Source: Coleofasciculus sp. B1-GNL1-01
GTDB lineage: Bacteria; Cyanobacteriota; Cyanobacteriia; Cyanobacteriales; Coleofasciculaceae
Assembly (NCBI GenBank): GCA_040220235.1
Contig: JAVJTO010000024.1
Length of the DNA stretch: 64,000 bases
Strand: one strand, 5' to 3'
The position numbers and the translations under genes were made by a program. The notes under the pieces are model-generated. The model was not told where the DNA came from, made no database searches, and saw nothing but the letters and a program-made list of their open reading frames with translations. This document shows positions 36,921-48,526 of the stretch, piece after piece (positions within the stretch are counted from its first letter, which is position 1; every line of letters starts with the position of its first letter).

Positions 36921-39029
36921 TCAAATTCCGATAACTAACTTCCAACTTTTAAGTCTCCCTGTATCCGTCGGCACATAATCGATGACCCTCAACTGCCAAT
37001 GACCAAAACTATCCTGATTCAGCAACGACTTGAGCGCAGGGGTATTGTCTATCGAATAGGTGTATTGAAGTTGAGTATTGACACCCAATGTACGACTTTG
37101 TAACAGTACAGTCTGATCCTTGGGTGACGTCAACTCCACTTCTAAATCTCCCAAAAAGTCATGTTCAATGTCCACCGTCACCTGAATATCTTGCACTAAG
37201 CCAGATTCAGTAATTTGAAGCGTGCTAGTCACACCACGGGAATTATTATCAGGAATAGCTAGATTGTTATCATTGCGTCGTTTTAAGACTTGGGCAACCT
37301 GAGCGGTTTGAACTCGTTGCTTTTGGGCAGCTTGTACCGCTTTAAAAGCACTGACCTTACCATAACCAAACCACTGGGAATACCCATTCGTATCATAAGT
37401 TCCCAATCGCATACCGAGCTGGGAATCCGCATCACGGTCTACAATTTTGTCGGCTGTATCTTGTAGGATGCGTTTGACTTGTGCAGCGGTGAGATCAGGA
37501 TTCGCTGAGAGAACCAGCGCCGCAACACCTGCGACAACGGGACAGGCGCTCGATGTGCCACCAAAACTCCCGACAAAGTCACCGACTTCATACCCAGCCA
37601 CGCCGAGTAAGTCAGTGGTAAAGACACCATTACCCGGCGTGGGGGCATTCACTTGGGGAGCCGTGCTAATAAAACCTGTTTTTTCAAACCACATTCCTGG
37701 CGGAGCATTGTTGCTGGGAGCGCAAACGGAGATATTCGTACCCCAGTTACTGTATGCCGCTTTTTTGCTTAGGCTGGTGCAAGCCGAAACCGCAATCACA
37801 TCGGGATGTACGGCGAAACCACTGAGCCAATTGGTTGGTCCACGCAGTAACTCATTCGTCCAACCGCGCTCAAAGATAGTGCCATGGATTGGGCGATTGG
37901 CATTTCCGGCGGCAAAGACAATCACACAGCCTTTCCCGCCGCGTCCTTCAGTCGCCGCCCGGGTTAGGGCAGCCCGTTGCCGTAGGGAGAGGGGGAAGTA
38001 AACGGTTGCCGCACCCCAGCTACAAGAAACAACACTGGCGTCATTTTCAATTGCCCAGTCAAATAATTCTTCAATACTCGTGTCATCCAGAAACCCGCTG
38101 GTGCGAATGGGCATCAGCGCACATCCGGGTGCGACACCGACAATACCCTGACCATTTTCTTCAGCCACCGCAATCCCCGCACAAGCGGTGCCATGACTTT
38201 CACCAGAACCACTGGGTAGAGGAATAAAGTCTTTGTCTTTAAAGTCTTTGGGGGCGACAATTTTTCCGGTGCCTTGAAAATCGGGGTGGTTGACATCAAT
38301 GGCATCATCGGCTACTGCCACGACAATGGAGCGATCGCCTCGGGTGATATCCCAGGCTTTTTCGATGTCGATATGAGAATTGGAGGCTAAATTTGTACCG
38401 CCGCTATGATTTAGATACCACTGTTGAGGGTATAAGGGGTCTTGGGGATGGTAGCTTGGCAGTTTGGGGACAATGATCTGGGGTTCTGCGGTTAAGACTT
38501 CGGGGCGTGTGATCAGTCGATTGGCTATTTTCAGCGGATTCTCTGGGCAATTGGGGGTGAGTTGAAAGACAAAGGTGTTGGGAATACCAATAAGCGATCG
38601 CACCGATTCTAAGCCAAATTCCGTCTCAATGGCTGAGATGGTGGCGTCATCGGTGTCGGGGTGAAATTGAATCGTTAGTTGATCGCCCAGATAAATGAAG
38701 GTCGCCGGATTGTCCTTAAGCTGGTATACATGACTAGCAAAGGCAACATCTTCGCGATCGCGTGCCGCTTGCATTATCTCATCCCGGTGTTCGGCATCAA
38801 CCGTAAATTCAACAAGCTGAGTGCGGGGAATTTGGCGCTGGTGGTGGATACTCAGGGCTTGTTCAAGCTGCTCGACGGAGATTTCAGGGGAGCAAAGGGT
38901 GAAGCGATCGCGCACCTTGAGTAATCCTAGTTCTTCACCGCCCCGTTGCAAGAGCAGACCGATACTGTCTTCGGGAATCGGTGTGGTTTGAGGAGAATCT
39001 TCTGGTACAGAATCAGGATGCGGGATCAT
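36921..39029 (-). CDS. S8 subtilisin-like serine peptidase with a C-terminal P-domain
   Basis: VADDAID (Asp), HGTACAG (His), FAAGN, GTSSACP (Ser), IPDNN...VDIEH...GHWQLRVID. Confidence 0.93.
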   Translation of the reverse strand: MIPHPDSVPEDSPQTTPIPEDSIGLLLQRGGEELGLLKVRDRFTLCSPEISVEQLEQALSIHHQRQIPRTQLVEFTVDAEHRDEIMQAARDREDVAFASHVYQLKDNPATFIYLGDQLTIQFHPDTDDATISAIETEFGLESVRSLIGIPNTFVFQLTPNCPENPLKIANRLITRPEVLTAEPQIIVPKLPSYHPQDPLYPQQWYLNHSGGTNLASNSHIDIEKAWDITRGDRSIVVAVADDAIDVNHPDFQGTGKIVAPKDFKDKDFIPLPSGSGESHGTACAGIAVAEENGQGIVGVAPGCALMPIRTSGFLDDTSIEELFDWAIENDASVVSCSWGAATVYFPLSLRQRAALTRAATEGRGGKGCVIVFAAGNANRPIHGTIFERGWTNELLRGPTNWLSGFAVHPDVIAVSACTSLSKKAAYSNWGTNISVCAPSNNAPPGMWFEKTGFISTAPQVNAPTPGNGVFTTDLLGVAGYEVGDFVGSFGGTSSACPVVAGVAALVLSANPDLTAAQVKRILQDTADKIVDRDADSQLGMRLGTYDTNGYSQWFGYGKVSAFKAVQAAQKQRVQTAQVAQVLKRRNDNNLAIPDNNSRGVTSTLQITESGLVQDIQVTVDIEHDFLGDLEVELTSPKDQTVLLQSRTLGVNTQLQYTYSIDNTPALKSLLNQDSFGHWQLRVIDYVPTDTGRLKSWKLVIGI

Positions 39030-39316
39030 GGTTTAGAATGGATTACTCGTCAATCGTACAAGATCATTAATTATGACTATTTTTCTTTATCCTATTACTC
39101 CGGATTTCTAAGAAACCTTCCGGGTATTGTTTCAGTCTAGCTGGTTTAGACAGTAGAACTGCCTTGGAACCGGGTCATCGCTGATGGTTAGTGATGGGCG
39201 ACAAATTCCTTGCCCTCAAGTTTAGCGATCGTCATCTGACTCCCCTTGCCGCATCTGTCGATGGTAAGATACCCGACAGGTTCTGTGTTTGTTAAAATAC
39301 TATCCCTATTTTTTAC

Positions 39317-39943
39317 ATGATCTCTTCTGGAACGATTCATAGCCTTGGCTTTACCTGCCTTGTTGCCTTTCCCTTCACAACGAGTGTGGCGCTCTTATCC
39401 CCCGCCCACGCTCAAACTCAAGTGGCTGCGCTTCCAGAAGAGGTCAGCCAAATGCAGCTTGAACCAGATGATTCTACTGAGCTACGCCCCTTAACTCAGG
39501 AAGATAGTCTGCTGAGTTTACAGGGGGGACAGCGGTTAATGGTAGAGGCAAATCAAGCCATTGAAGCTCAAGACTATACGTTAGCCTCTCAAAAACTTCA
39601 GCAGGCGCGTCAAGTTTTCAACCAATTGTCTAATTTCTATCAGCAGTTGGCTGAAAGTTTTTCGGGAATTGATAACCGGATTTTCAATGAACATCGGCAA
39701 AACGCGCTGCAAACGGCAGAAATGCGGGATGAAGCCACCTATCAATTGGCGTTGGTACATCGCGCCCAAGATCAACCGGAATTAGCGGTTCCCTTACTGA
39801 TTCAGATCATTCGTTCTCAGAATCCCACCCGTGATTTGGGCAAAAAAGCTTACCAGCAGCTTTTTGAATTGGGATTCGTCGGTTCTCCCTTCCCCCCCTC
39901 TGGTAATAGCGAACCAACTTCATCCGTGACTCCAGAACGTTAA
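39317..39943 (+). CDS. Conserved secreted helical (TPR-like) hypothetical protein
   Basis: Signal-like N-terminus ending [33 protein letters not shown]. Confidence 0.75.
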   Translation: MISSGTIHSLGFTCLVAFPFTTSVALLSPAHAQTQVAALPEEVSQMQLEPDDSTELRPLTQEDSLLSLQGGQRLMVEANQAIEAQDYTLASQKLQQARQVFNQLSNFYQQLAESFSGIDNRIFNEHRQNALQTAEMRDEATYQLALVHRAQDQPELAVPLLIQIIRSQNPTRDLGKKAYQQLFELGFVGSPFPPSGNSEPTSSVTPER

Positions 39944-39980
39944 ATTAATATGTAGAACGTTGAAGAAAAATGGAGTGGGT

Positions 39981-40241
39981 ATGATTAGTCCAGAGCAAGT
40001 AGAGGCAATGATCAAAGCAGAACTTCCTGATGCTCAGGTACAGGTGCAAGACTTAACCGGCGGCGGAGATCATCTGCAAGCGATTGTTGTGTCCTCCCAG
40101 TTTGAAGGCAAAAGCTTGGTAAAACAGCACCAGCTTGTTTATGGCGCTCTCCAGCAAGCAATGGCAAGCGAAGCCATTCACGCCCTAGCGCTGAAAACCT
40201 ATACCCCTGAATCGTGGCAAGCTACCCGTCAGGCTGTATAA
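39981..40241 (+). CDS. bolA: BolA family protein
   Basis: [34 protein letters not shown]. Confidence 0.94.
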   Translation: MISPEQVEAMIKAELPDAQVQVQDLTGGGDHLQAIVVSSQFEGKSLVKQHQLVYGALQQAMASEAIHALALKTYTPESWQATRQAV

Positions 40242-40294
40242 ACTCTCGCTACACTAGACCCATACAAAACTACAAAAGACATTTCAGCAAAGCT

Positions 40295-40618
40295 ATGACG
40301 CCAGCAGTTAAAGAACGGATTGACCAGCTCATCAACCAGGACAAAATTGTGGTGTTTATGAAAGGCACCAAACTGATGCCCCAATGTGGTTTTTCCAACA
40401 ATGTCGTCCAAATCCTGAATACCTTGGGTGTTTCCTACGCAACCGTGAATATTCTTGATGATCCGGAACTGCGTCAAGGTATTAAGGAATATTCCAATTG
40501 GCCCACAATTCCCCAAGTTTACGTCAACGGCGAATTCATTGGTGGTTCAGATGTGATGATCGAGCTTTATCAGAACGGCGAATTACAGCAGATGGTCGAA
40601 GTGGCATTGGCATCTTGA
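40295..40618 (+). CDS. grxD: Monothiol glutaredoxin Grx4
   Basis: [23 protein letters not shown]. Confidence 0.95.
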   Translation: MTPAVKERIDQLINQDKIVVFMKGTKLMPQCGFSNNVVQILNTLGVSYATVNILDDPELRQGIKEYSNWPTIPQVYVNGEFIGGSDVMIELYQNGELQQMVEVALAS

Positions 40619-40945
40619 CATCTTCCCTGTTCTAAGCTAAAAAGCGCAAAATTAACCAAAAAGCCTGCTTAAGCAGGCTTTTTCGATCTATGTAGTTTTT
40701 CAGGGTTGAGCGTACATCCAAATGTAGGAGTAGGGTCTGCTGAATAAGTTTGGTGGTGGGGATAGGGAACAGGGGAAGCAGGGGGAGCAGGGGGAGCCAT
40801 GGTACATTTTCCCTGGTAGCGGTGCAAGGATATAAAAGGGTTTAACCCTTTTTCCTTGAACAGGAGCAAATGTCAATGCCACTCAAAGCCTTGACAGCTA
40901 AGGGTTTGGGGGGTGTGCAGCAAGCCCTAATTACCTCATCCAGTT

Positions 40946-41197
40946 TTAATAGTAATCGGTTTCGGGTTCTGGTAAGGGTACAGCTTCAAAGTTGGAGGGA
41001 TCGCGTAGATAACGAACAGCATCTTCCTCCAAGCGATGAATCAAATAAACTTCTATAGCATTACTATGTCGAAGAGCATCAAGATAGCCATCAATGTATA
41101 ACCGCAGTTCGTCAAAGCGATATCCCCGGTTCCACATAAAAACTAGAGCATCTGTAAGTTGCTGATAGTAGCGTATGGTTCGAGTGTCTTGAAGCAT
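40946..41197 (-). CDS. Conserved small cyanobacterial hypothetical protein
   Basis: 83-aa ORF MLQDTRTIRYYQ...LRLYIDGYL...IHRLEE. Confidence 0.8.
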   Translation of the reverse strand: MLQDTRTIRYYQQLTDALVFMWNRGYRFDELRLYIDGYLDALRHSNAIEVYLIHRLEEDAVRYLRDPSNFEAVPLPEPETDYY

Positions 41198-41423
41198 GGT
41201 CTAAAGCAGTGTGAATTCGGTATTTTAGCGTTAGAGTTACTCATTGTCAATTCTTTCAAATTGATCCCTAGCAACTCCAGCTAGCCCTTACTACTATTGT
41301 GCCTTAGATCAGTTGGCAATGTGGTCACCTGATTGACAGAAATGAACAACTCCGCCCATACTGCGTGATGATTTCCATCATAAATCAGCCAACGAAATTT
41401 TCTATCACAACCAAGCGATTTAG

Positions 41424-42125
41424 TCAATCCACTAAATGATTTTCTAGGGCAAAACGCACAATTTCGGCACGGTTGCTGGTTTCTGTTTTTCTCAGGAGAC
41501 TGCTGACGTATTTTTCAATTGTCCGAGGACTCAGGTGTAGCTTGTTCCCAATTTCGCTATTGGATAACCCTGTGGTCAGTAACTCTAAAACCTGTTGTTC
41601 CCGCTGAGTTAGATAGAGTTCATTGGATGGGGAGGTGGGGGAGGCGATCGCACGAGGAGTTGATTCGGATTTGGGCGTCGCCTCCGTCGTCTCCGGCGAT
41701 GGGGTTGATGGTCCTGTATCAGTGGAAGAAAATCGTAATTCGGCTTGCATCATCTGAGACCGTTCCAGCAGATTCCGAATTACAGCACTCAATTCCTTCA
41801 TTTCAAAGGGTTTGGGCAAATACAAGTCACATCCTAACTGATAGCCCTTAATCCGCTCCTCAGTACTACTGCGCTCCGTTAAAAAAACCACAGGTAACAA
41901 GCGGAAAGCTGGTCGTTTCCGAACTTGTTGCACAAGTTCATAGCCATTCAATTTCGGCATATTGATATCGGTGACGATTAGGTGAGGATGATACTTGTCA
42001 ATCAGAGACAGAGCCTCTTGACCATCTTCTGCCGTTACAACTGAATAGCCTGACATTTCCAGGTAATCGCTCACAGAAAGACGAGTACCTAGGTTGTCAT
42101 CTACAACCAGGATTATCAATGGCAT
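41424..42125 (-). CDS. NarL/LuxR family response regulator (Ycf29-like)
   Basis: REC (VVDD, TDINMP, KPF) + LuxR HTH (LTQREQQVL, IGNKLHLSPRTIEKYVSSLL). Confidence 0.93.
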   Translation of the reverse strand: MPLIILVVDDNLGTRLSVSDYLEMSGYSVVTAEDGQEALSLIDKYHPHLIVTDINMPKLNGYELVQQVRKRPAFRLLPVVFLTERSSTEERIKGYQLGCDLYLPKPFEMKELSAVIRNLLERSQMMQAELRFSSTDTGPSTPSPETTEATPKSESTPRAIASPTSPSNELYLTQREQQVLELLTTGLSNSEIGNKLHLSPRTIEKYVSSLLRKTETSNRAEIVRFALENHLVD

Positions 42126-42362
42126 GAGAATAACTGCAATACAAGCCTATATAATAGTTGAGACATCTAGGAACTTTCTAGAGCATCGATGCAATACCCA
42201 CAGTTAGCGGACTCTAACAAGTGAGGGATTTCACCATCGCTTATCTGTAATAAGTCTGTCCTAACCTTTACGGTGACAACTCTAACGTGTCGCTTCTGTC
42301 AACAAGTCATGAACTTGTGGGAATGACCGGTTCTCCTTGCGTCCACTTGTAAACGTTAGTTC

Positions 42363-42548
42363 CTATTGACCAAACTCAATCCTAGCTTGCTCAACAATAT
42401 CTACGGTAACGACATCCAAATCAGCCTCACGAGCTAAATGCTCAATCCGTTGTCGAGCTTGAGTACGCACAAAATACGGTATTTTTTTGAGTTTCGCCTT
42501 AGCTTCGGGTGTCCAGTCTAAGGTATCTGTATAATTAGCGCTGTTCAT
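42363..42548 (-). CDS. PCP_red (protochlorophyllide reductase C-terminal-like) small protein
   Basis: [23 protein letters not shown]. Confidence 0.85.
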   Translation of the reverse strand: MNSANYTDTLDWTPEAKAKLKKIPYFVRTQARQRIEHLAREADLDVVTVDIVEQARIEFGQ

Positions 42549-42600
42549 AGTTCAATGCAAGCGGGAGACTTTTCTCATTCCGTTTTGATCTTAACCCAGA

Positions 42601-42740
42601 GGGGCAAGGGGGGAAGCGGGGGAAGCTGGGGAAGCTGGGGGAGCGGGGGAAGCTGGGGGAGCTGGGGGAGCTGGGGAAGCTGGGGGAGCTGGGGAAGCAA
42701 ACCAATGACGAATGACGAATGACGAATGACAAATGACGAT
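42601..42740. repeat. 9-mer GGGGAAGCT/GGGGGAGCT tract followed by (ATGACGA)n heptamers
   Basis: Directly visible. Confidence 0.9.
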
Positions 42741-42768
42741 CAGAGCCGTTAACTTTGATTTTGTATAT

Positions 42769-43719
42769 CTACTTAACGTGAATACTCAAAACGTCCTCCA
42801 TCCCAGCTAACCAATCGAGTAACATCTGATTAAACTGTTCTGGACATTCATCATGAGGACAATGACCCGCATTATCCAACTCGATCAACTTGATACTCGG
42901 GTTGAGAGCGGCAAACTGTTGGGCTAACTGGGAAGGAATCATCCGGTCTTGACGCCCCCAAATTAACAGTATAGGACTATCCAAAGTCGGCAAAACCGAT
43001 TTGACCGGAAGACCAAATTTAGATGAGGTCATCCCTTTAAACAGCGCACTAAATGTAGCCGCCGCCCCGCGATCGCGAGCAGGCTGGGTGAGAATGTCCA
43101 CTAATTCTGCATCAATAGCCCTAGGGTTTGCATAAGCAAGTCCTGCCCATTTCTGGACAATGGATGGGCGTCGCAGCAGATAAAAAAGACTTTGGAGAAC
43201 CACAGGAGACGCGACTAGACCCTCAACTGTTGATACCACAGGTCTCAGCCAACCCGGAAGTGCCTCTTCTCGCAGGGAAAAATCTGGCAAATTAATCAAG
43301 GCGAGTCCCTTAACCATCTCCGGGTGAGTGGCGGCTGCGCTCAGAGCTACCAGTGAACCGATGGAGTTACCTACTAAGACTACGGGGTGTTGGATCAAGG
43401 TTCGCCAGAATTCATAAACTTGATTGACCCACAACTCAATCGTATAGGTTGTCCCAGCTTTGCGCGAACTGCCAAACCCCAACAGATCTAGCGCATAAAC
43501 CGGGTAGTTCTGACCCAGTACAGGTAGGTTATGACGCCAATGTCCGATGGAAGTCCCAAATCCATGCAGCAGCAGAACGGGAGGAGTCAATGTTGAGTGA
43601 GACTGCGGTGGACGAATATAGGTGTAACGAGTCTGCCAACCTTGCCAAACCCAGTCTCGTTGATTGCCGACTCGTTGCTGCCACGATACCGATGGATTCA
43701 CACCATGCCTCAACTTCAA
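42769..43719 (-). CDS. Alpha/beta fold hydrolase
   Basis: LLHGFG, DLLGFG, GNSIG nucleophile, WGRQD, AGHCPHDE. Confidence 0.93.
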   Translation of the reverse strand: MKLRHGVNPSVSWQQRVGNQRDWVWQGWQTRYTYIRPPQSHSTLTPPVLLLHGFGTSIGHWRHNLPVLGQNYPVYALDLLGFGSSRKAGTTYTIELWVNQVYEFWRTLIQHPVVLVGNSIGSLVALSAAATHPEMVKGLALINLPDFSLREEALPGWLRPVVSTVEGLVASPVVLQSLFYLLRRPSIVQKWAGLAYANPRAIDAELVDILTQPARDRGAAATFSALFKGMTSSKFGLPVKSVLPTLDSPILLIWGRQDRMIPSQLAQQFAALNPSIKLIELDNAGHCPHDECPEQFNQMLLDWLAGMEDVLSIHVK

Positions 43720-43982
43720 AAACGTTTACAACTCCTTACCTATTATTGTAGTGGTTTCTTCAGGTTACTCTCTACAGCAGATGCCCCATAACCCAGGAAA
43801 AATCAGGACTAACAAACGCCTCAAATATTCCCTCTCTGGTGAGGGTTTCTCTGCCATCCCCCGGCAATTTGGAAGTTACGTTAAAAAGATGGACAGAAAC
43901 TGGATCAGAGTCAGTAGAATGGCAAGTAAAATCCGCTTACTTTTATCCAACCCTTAACAACTAGAAATTCAAGCAGACACCC

Positions 43983-44510
43983 GTGAGTGATAGAAGACGC
44001 CAACGCGATCTACCCCAAATCAACGAAAGAATCCGCTATCCTAAGATTCGTGCGATTGATACCGATGGCACACAGCTAGGAATCATTGCTCCTCAAGAGG
44101 CTTTACGCATCGCTGAGGAAAAAGAATTGGATCTTGTCTTGGTTAGCGATAAGGCAGATCCGCCCGTGTGCCGCATCATGGACTACGGCAAATACAAATT
44201 TGAACAGGAGAAGAAAGCCCGCGAAGCCCGGAAGAAGCAACACACGGCGGACGTCAAAGAAGTCAAGATGCGCTATAAGATTGATGATCATGACTACCAG
44301 GTGCGTGTCAACGCAGCTAGGCGCTTTCTGAAATCAGGAGATAAAGTTAAAGCCACGATTACCTTTCGGGGGCGAGAAATTCAGCACGCTAACTTAGCCG
44401 AAGACTTGCTCAAGCGCATGGCAACGGATTTACAGGACGTTGCTGAAGTGCAGCAAGCCCCCAAACGGGAAGGTCGTAATATGATGATGCTACTCTCTTC
44501 CAAAAAATAA
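43983..44510 (+). CDS. infC: Translation initiation factor IF-3
   Basis: [32 protein letters not shown]. Confidence 0.97.
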   Translation: MSDRRRQRDLPQINERIRYPKIRAIDTDGTQLGIIAPQEALRIAEEKELDLVLVSDKADPPVCRIMDYGKYKFEQEKKAREARKKQHTADVKEVKMRYKIDDHDYQVRVNAARRFLKSGDKVKATITFRGREIQHANLAEDLLKRMATDLQDVAEVQQAPKREGRNMMMLLSSKK

Positions 44511-44606
44511 GACTTGGGTTCATTGGTCATTAGTTATTAGTCATGGGTTAGCCGCTATGGACTATAGCTAATGACTTAGGACTAACGACTAAGGACAAAC
44601 TGCTAA

Positions 44607-47600
44607 ATGAAACTACAAACTCGTACTCGCATTCAAAATGAATGGGTACGGCGAATCCTAGAATTGGTCAATCTTCGTCCAGAAGAAGGCGAGCGCACCT
44701 TTTTGATGTTCGCCTTCTACACCGCTACCTCAGTTGGGCTGCTTTGGTTTGAGTATAGTGCGACAGCACTGTTCTTGGACGAGTATGGTGCAAAGTGGTT
44801 ACCCGTCATTTATATCGCCAGTTCCCTGATGGTTTCTGGACTAGGGGTTTTATACTCTTGGCTACAAGAACGGGTACCGATGAGGGGTGTCTTGGTCACA
44901 GTCGCTTTCTTAACGGGCGTACCCTTGTTGATCTTACGGTTGACCTTAGGCTTTAGCTATTTAAATGGTTTAATCGCCTTGGGAACCGTTTTTCTGTTGC
45001 GATTGTGGATGGATGCGGTAGAAGTTCTCAATGATCTCAACTCTCAAGTTGCCGCGAATCAATTATTCAATATTCGGGAAATTAAGCGCACCTATCCGAT
45101 TGTGTCATCAGGACTCTTAGTGGCTGATGTTATCTCCGGTTTTTCTTTACCCCTGCTGCTGTTGGTTGTCGGCACAATTCAAAACGTTCTCGTGGTGGCG
45201 GCGTTGATGATGATGGTTGGCGCTGGCACTTTGTTTTATTTAACCCAACGCTACCAGCAAGCCTTTCCTAACTTACCCACAAGGGACTGGGAAGACGATG
45301 ACCAGGAATTTGTGGTTCGCCGCACTACCGGACATCTACAACGCTATATTGTTCCGTTATTTGCCTTCTTTATTCTCGGTGAAGCCCTGTATCTGCTGGT
45401 AGAGTTCCAGTATCTGGGTCAATTAGAGGCAAATTTAGAAGCCTCAGATATTGCTGGGTTTTTGGGGTTATTCAGTGGGATTGTCGGCATATTTGAACTC
45501 ACCTCTCAGTGGTTTCTATCCAGTCGCGCCGTGGAACGTCTGGGCGTCTTTGTCGCTGCGATGATGCTACCTGCGTCCTTAGCGATTATGGGCTTAATCA
45601 CATTGAGTGGTTTACTGGATGTGGTGATTAAGCTATTCGGTGCAGTCATTACCATTCCCGGATTCGTGACCGGATTATTCGTCGGTCTAATTTTCCTGCG
45701 GTTTATTGACGAACTCCTGCGCTATACCTTAATTGCCGGAATTGAACCGTTCTTGTTTCAACCGATACCCGAAGGAATTCGCAGTAGCCTGCAAACCCGA
45801 GTACAGGGAATTGCAGAACCCATAACCACGGGTGTTACGGGCATTAGTATGCTCGCTGGGATCTGGCTGTTGCATCACGTATTTCCGGGACAGCCAGAAA
45901 CCCAAATTCAACAATGGCAGAGTGGTATGTTTATTCTTGCCATTGTGTTTTTCTCCCTCATCTGGTTGCTGAGTGCTTGGTCGATGCGCTCGACTTACGT
46001 TACCTTGCTGGTTGATAGCGCTGAACAAGGACGTTTGGGATTTTCTGATGTTGACTTAAAGGCGTTCAAGCGAACGGTAATTGAAACCTTGGAACAACCA
46101 GGTACGGAAGCGGATAAACGCTCTTGTATTCAACTGTTATCCCAGATTGACCCCACGAATGTGGGTGAGGTACTGGCTCCCCTTTTGCCTCGCCTTTCTA
46201 TTGCGCTTCAGTGTCAGAGTCTAGAGGCGATGTTGGAGTATCCCAACCCCGCCTATTGTCGGGACGTGCAAGTCTTGATTGAGCAGAAACCGCCCCCAGA
46301 AGTGTTGGCGTTGGCGCTGCGCTATGTTTGGCTGACTCAACCGGAATTGGATATTTACACGATTAAACCTTATCTACACGGAACCGTTGATCCGATGGTG
46401 CGAGCCACAGCCGCCGCGATTATCTTACGTCGGGGAACCTCGCAAGAGAAGGCGGAAGCGACAGAGATCCTGCGGCGAATGGTGATCTCAAAACGAGAAC
46501 GAGAACGAGTTATGGGGACGCGAGCTTTAGGAGAGGCAGAGTATTTGCAAGCCTTGAGAGTTCATATTCCTCATCTGTTAAAAGATGAATCGTTGCGTGT
46601 CCGTTGCGCTTTATTAGAGGTGATTGCGGCAACTCATTTGGAAGAGTCTTACCCGTCGCTAGTACGAGGACTTTATTATAAATCGACTCGTGAAGCGGCT
46701 CGCATGGCGTTGGTGCGTCTGGGGAATGAAGCGATTCCGTTGCTGCTGGAGTTGGCAGAAGATATCCATAAACCGGATTTAGTTCGGGTACAAGCTTGGA
46801 CGGCGTTGGCGGAGATTGGCACACCCGAAACCCTGAACTATCTGGTGCAACAGCTAATGACGAGTTGGGGGATCAGCCGTCGTAATATTCTCCGCAGCTT
46901 ATTGAAAATTCCCAATGAGCAAGGAATCGATGTGGTGCTAGATCAGTTGGGACGGAGTGGGATTGAGACGTTAATTGAGCAGGAACTGCTGTTTTTGGGT
47001 CAGATTTATGCCGCTCTGGTGGATTTGAAGCCAGAACTGATCAGTGGACAGGAGGCAGATTTGCTGCGACGGGCGTTAAATGATCAGCAAAAGGATTTGC
47101 TGGAGAATTGTTTTTTACTGATGAAGTTTCTTTATCCCGTTGGTGCAATTCAAGCGGCATCCTTTAATCTGGAATCTGAGTCTCGCTCCAATATTGCGAT
47201 GGGATTGGAAATACTGGACAATACCATAGATATCCCCCAAAAGCAAGCCTTTTTAGCCTTGTTTGATCGCCGTTCCTTTGGCGAAAAGCTGGAATGTTTG
47301 CAAGAACTGGTGTCTTATCAACCGATGAATCCCAGCGATCGCGTGCGACGATTGATTGAGTTTCGTCATTTTCTCTCGGATTGGACGCTGGCTTGTTGTT
47401 TCCATTTAGCACGGGCGGCTCATATCAGTTTGACACCAGCAGCAACGTTAGTCTGTCTGCGTCATCCCACGGGTTTTGTCCGAGAAGCGGTTTTAACCTA
47501 TTTGAAAGCCGCATCGCCGCGTTCTTGTATTGAGTTACTACCGATGCTTAAACATGATTCCGATCGGTTGGTGGCGGCGGTAGCTCAACAGATGAGTAAC

Positions 47601-47621
47601 GAATTTGGTCTGGTGAGTTGA
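44607..47621 (+). CDS. NTT/ADP-ATP carrier-like MFS transporter fused to HEAT repeats
   Basis: About 12 hydrophobic segments (ALFLDEYGAKWLP, QLFNIREIKRTYP), followed by a helical HEAT-like region. Confidence 0.75.
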   Translation: MKLQTRTRIQNEWVRRILELVNLRPEEGERTFLMFAFYTATSVGLLWFEYSATALFLDEYGAKWLPVIYIASSLMVSGLGVLYSWLQERVPMRGVLVTVAFLTGVPLLILRLTLGFSYLNGLIALGTVFLLRLWMDAVEVLNDLNSQVAANQLFNIREIKRTYPIVSSGLLVADVISGFSLPLLLLVVGTIQNVLVVAALMMMVGAGTLFYLTQRYQQAFPNLPTRDWEDDDQEFVVRRTTGHLQRYIVPLFAFFILGEALYLLVEFQYLGQLEANLEASDIAGFLGLFSGIVGIFELTSQWFLSSRAVERLGVFVAAMMLPASLAIMGLITLSGLLDVVIKLFGAVITIPGFVTGLFVGLIFLRFIDELLRYTLIAGIEPFLFQPIPEGIRSSLQTRVQGIAEPITTGVTGISMLAGIWLLHHVFPGQPETQIQQWQSGMFILAIVFFSLIWLLSAWSMRSTYVTLLVDSAEQGRLGFSDVDLKAFKRTVIETLEQPGTEADKRSCIQLLSQIDPTNVGEVLAPLLPRLSIALQCQSLEAMLEYPNPAYCRDVQVLIEQKPPPEVLALALRYVWLTQPELDIYTIKPYLHGTVDPMVRATAAAIILRRGTSQEKAEATEILRRMVISKRERERVMGTRALGEAEYLQALRVHIPHLLKDESLRVRCALLEVIAATHLEESYPSLVRGLYYKSTREAARMALVRLGNEAIPLLLELAEDIHKPDLVRVQAWTALAEIGTPETLNYLVQQLMTSWGISRRNILRSLLKIPNEQGIDVVLDQLGRSGIETLIEQELLFLGQIYAALVDLKPELISGQEADLLRRALNDQQKDLLENCFLLMKFLYPVGAIQAASFNLESESRSNIAMGLEILDNTIDIPQKQAFLALFDRRSFGEKLECLQELVSYQPMNPSDRVRRLIEFRHFLSDWTLACCFHLARAAHISLTPAATLVCLRHPTGFVREAVLTYLKAASPRSCIELLPMLKHDSDRLVAAVAQQMSNEFGLVS

Positions 47622-47802
47622 TGGAGCAGTCGTTAGGAAAGGTTTATCAAGGGGTTATTGGCTGAATTTTCAGGGATATCAAGCGAATTGGTGTGTTTAT
47701 GGTCTCTCAATTCCTCTATTATCAGTCAAAGTGGGATAGAGTAAACTAGAGCTTTCTTTAGCTACACTTAGCACCAATCCCTAGCAGCTACCCGCTAACT
47801 CC

Positions 47803-48285
47803 ATGTTAACCAGCGTTGAGCGTTTACTTTTTGTCAGGGGCGTCCCCATTTTTCAGGAATTGCGGGACGATTTTCTGGTGCGCGTTGCTTCAGTTATGGA
47901 TGAGCTATCATTTCCGAGTGATCATACGATTGTTACCCAAGGGGAAGAAGGGCGATCGCTTTATATTGTGGTGTCCGGTTCCGTGCGGGTTCACATTGGC
48001 GATCGCGACTTGGCATATCTGAGGCAAGGTGCTTGTTTTGGCGAGATGTCACTGTTTGATGCTGAACCGCGATCGGCTTCGGTGACGACATTGGAAACCT
48101 GCGAATGTCTGATGCTGACTCAATTGCAATTGTATGACGCCATTGATGAGACGCCAGGAATTGCGATTAATATTATCCGCTTACTCTCGCGCCGCATTCG
48201 AGAACTGAATAATAAGTTGAATGCTTACGAAGTGAAACATCCAGCGTCCGATTTTACCAAAACCAGCAGTAATTTTACGGGGTAG
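47803..48285 (+). CDS. Cyclic-nucleotide-binding domain protein
   Basis: QGEEGRSLYIVVSG, FGEMSLFDAEPRSASV phosphate-binding cassette. Confidence 0.92.
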   Translation: MLTSVERLLFVRGVPIFQELRDDFLVRVASVMDELSFPSDHTIVTQGEEGRSLYIVVSGSVRVHIGDRDLAYLRQGACFGEMSLFDAEPRSASVTTLETCECLMLTQLQLYDAIDETPGIAINIIRLLSRRIRELNNKLNAYEVKHPASDFTKTSSNFTG

Positions 48286-48398
48286 TTAACAACGAATGGT
48301 GTTACAAGCTCGTCGCTTGGTGGTTATAGTGGTTCTAAGCTTGGCTCTTCGGTACTGGTGGTGAAAACTTGATGGGGTGACAAGAGACTTGAGGGTAC

Positions 48399-48526
48399 TA
48401 AGCTGTCATGCATTTAAATTGGGTATTAGTAGCGAGCAAGATGCAAAGCCTGCGGCATGGCTTCGCTAAACGCACTACAAGGATTTCATGATTATTGATA
48501 TTAAGGTTTAAATGCCGAACAGCTTA
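48399..48526 (+). mobile_element. MITE family A copy
   Basis: Near-identical to 30241-30368. Confidence 0.9.

Noticed and set aside
42535..42732. 65-aa Pro/Ser-rich ORF
   Set aside because: Translation of 9-mer and 7-mer tandem repeats
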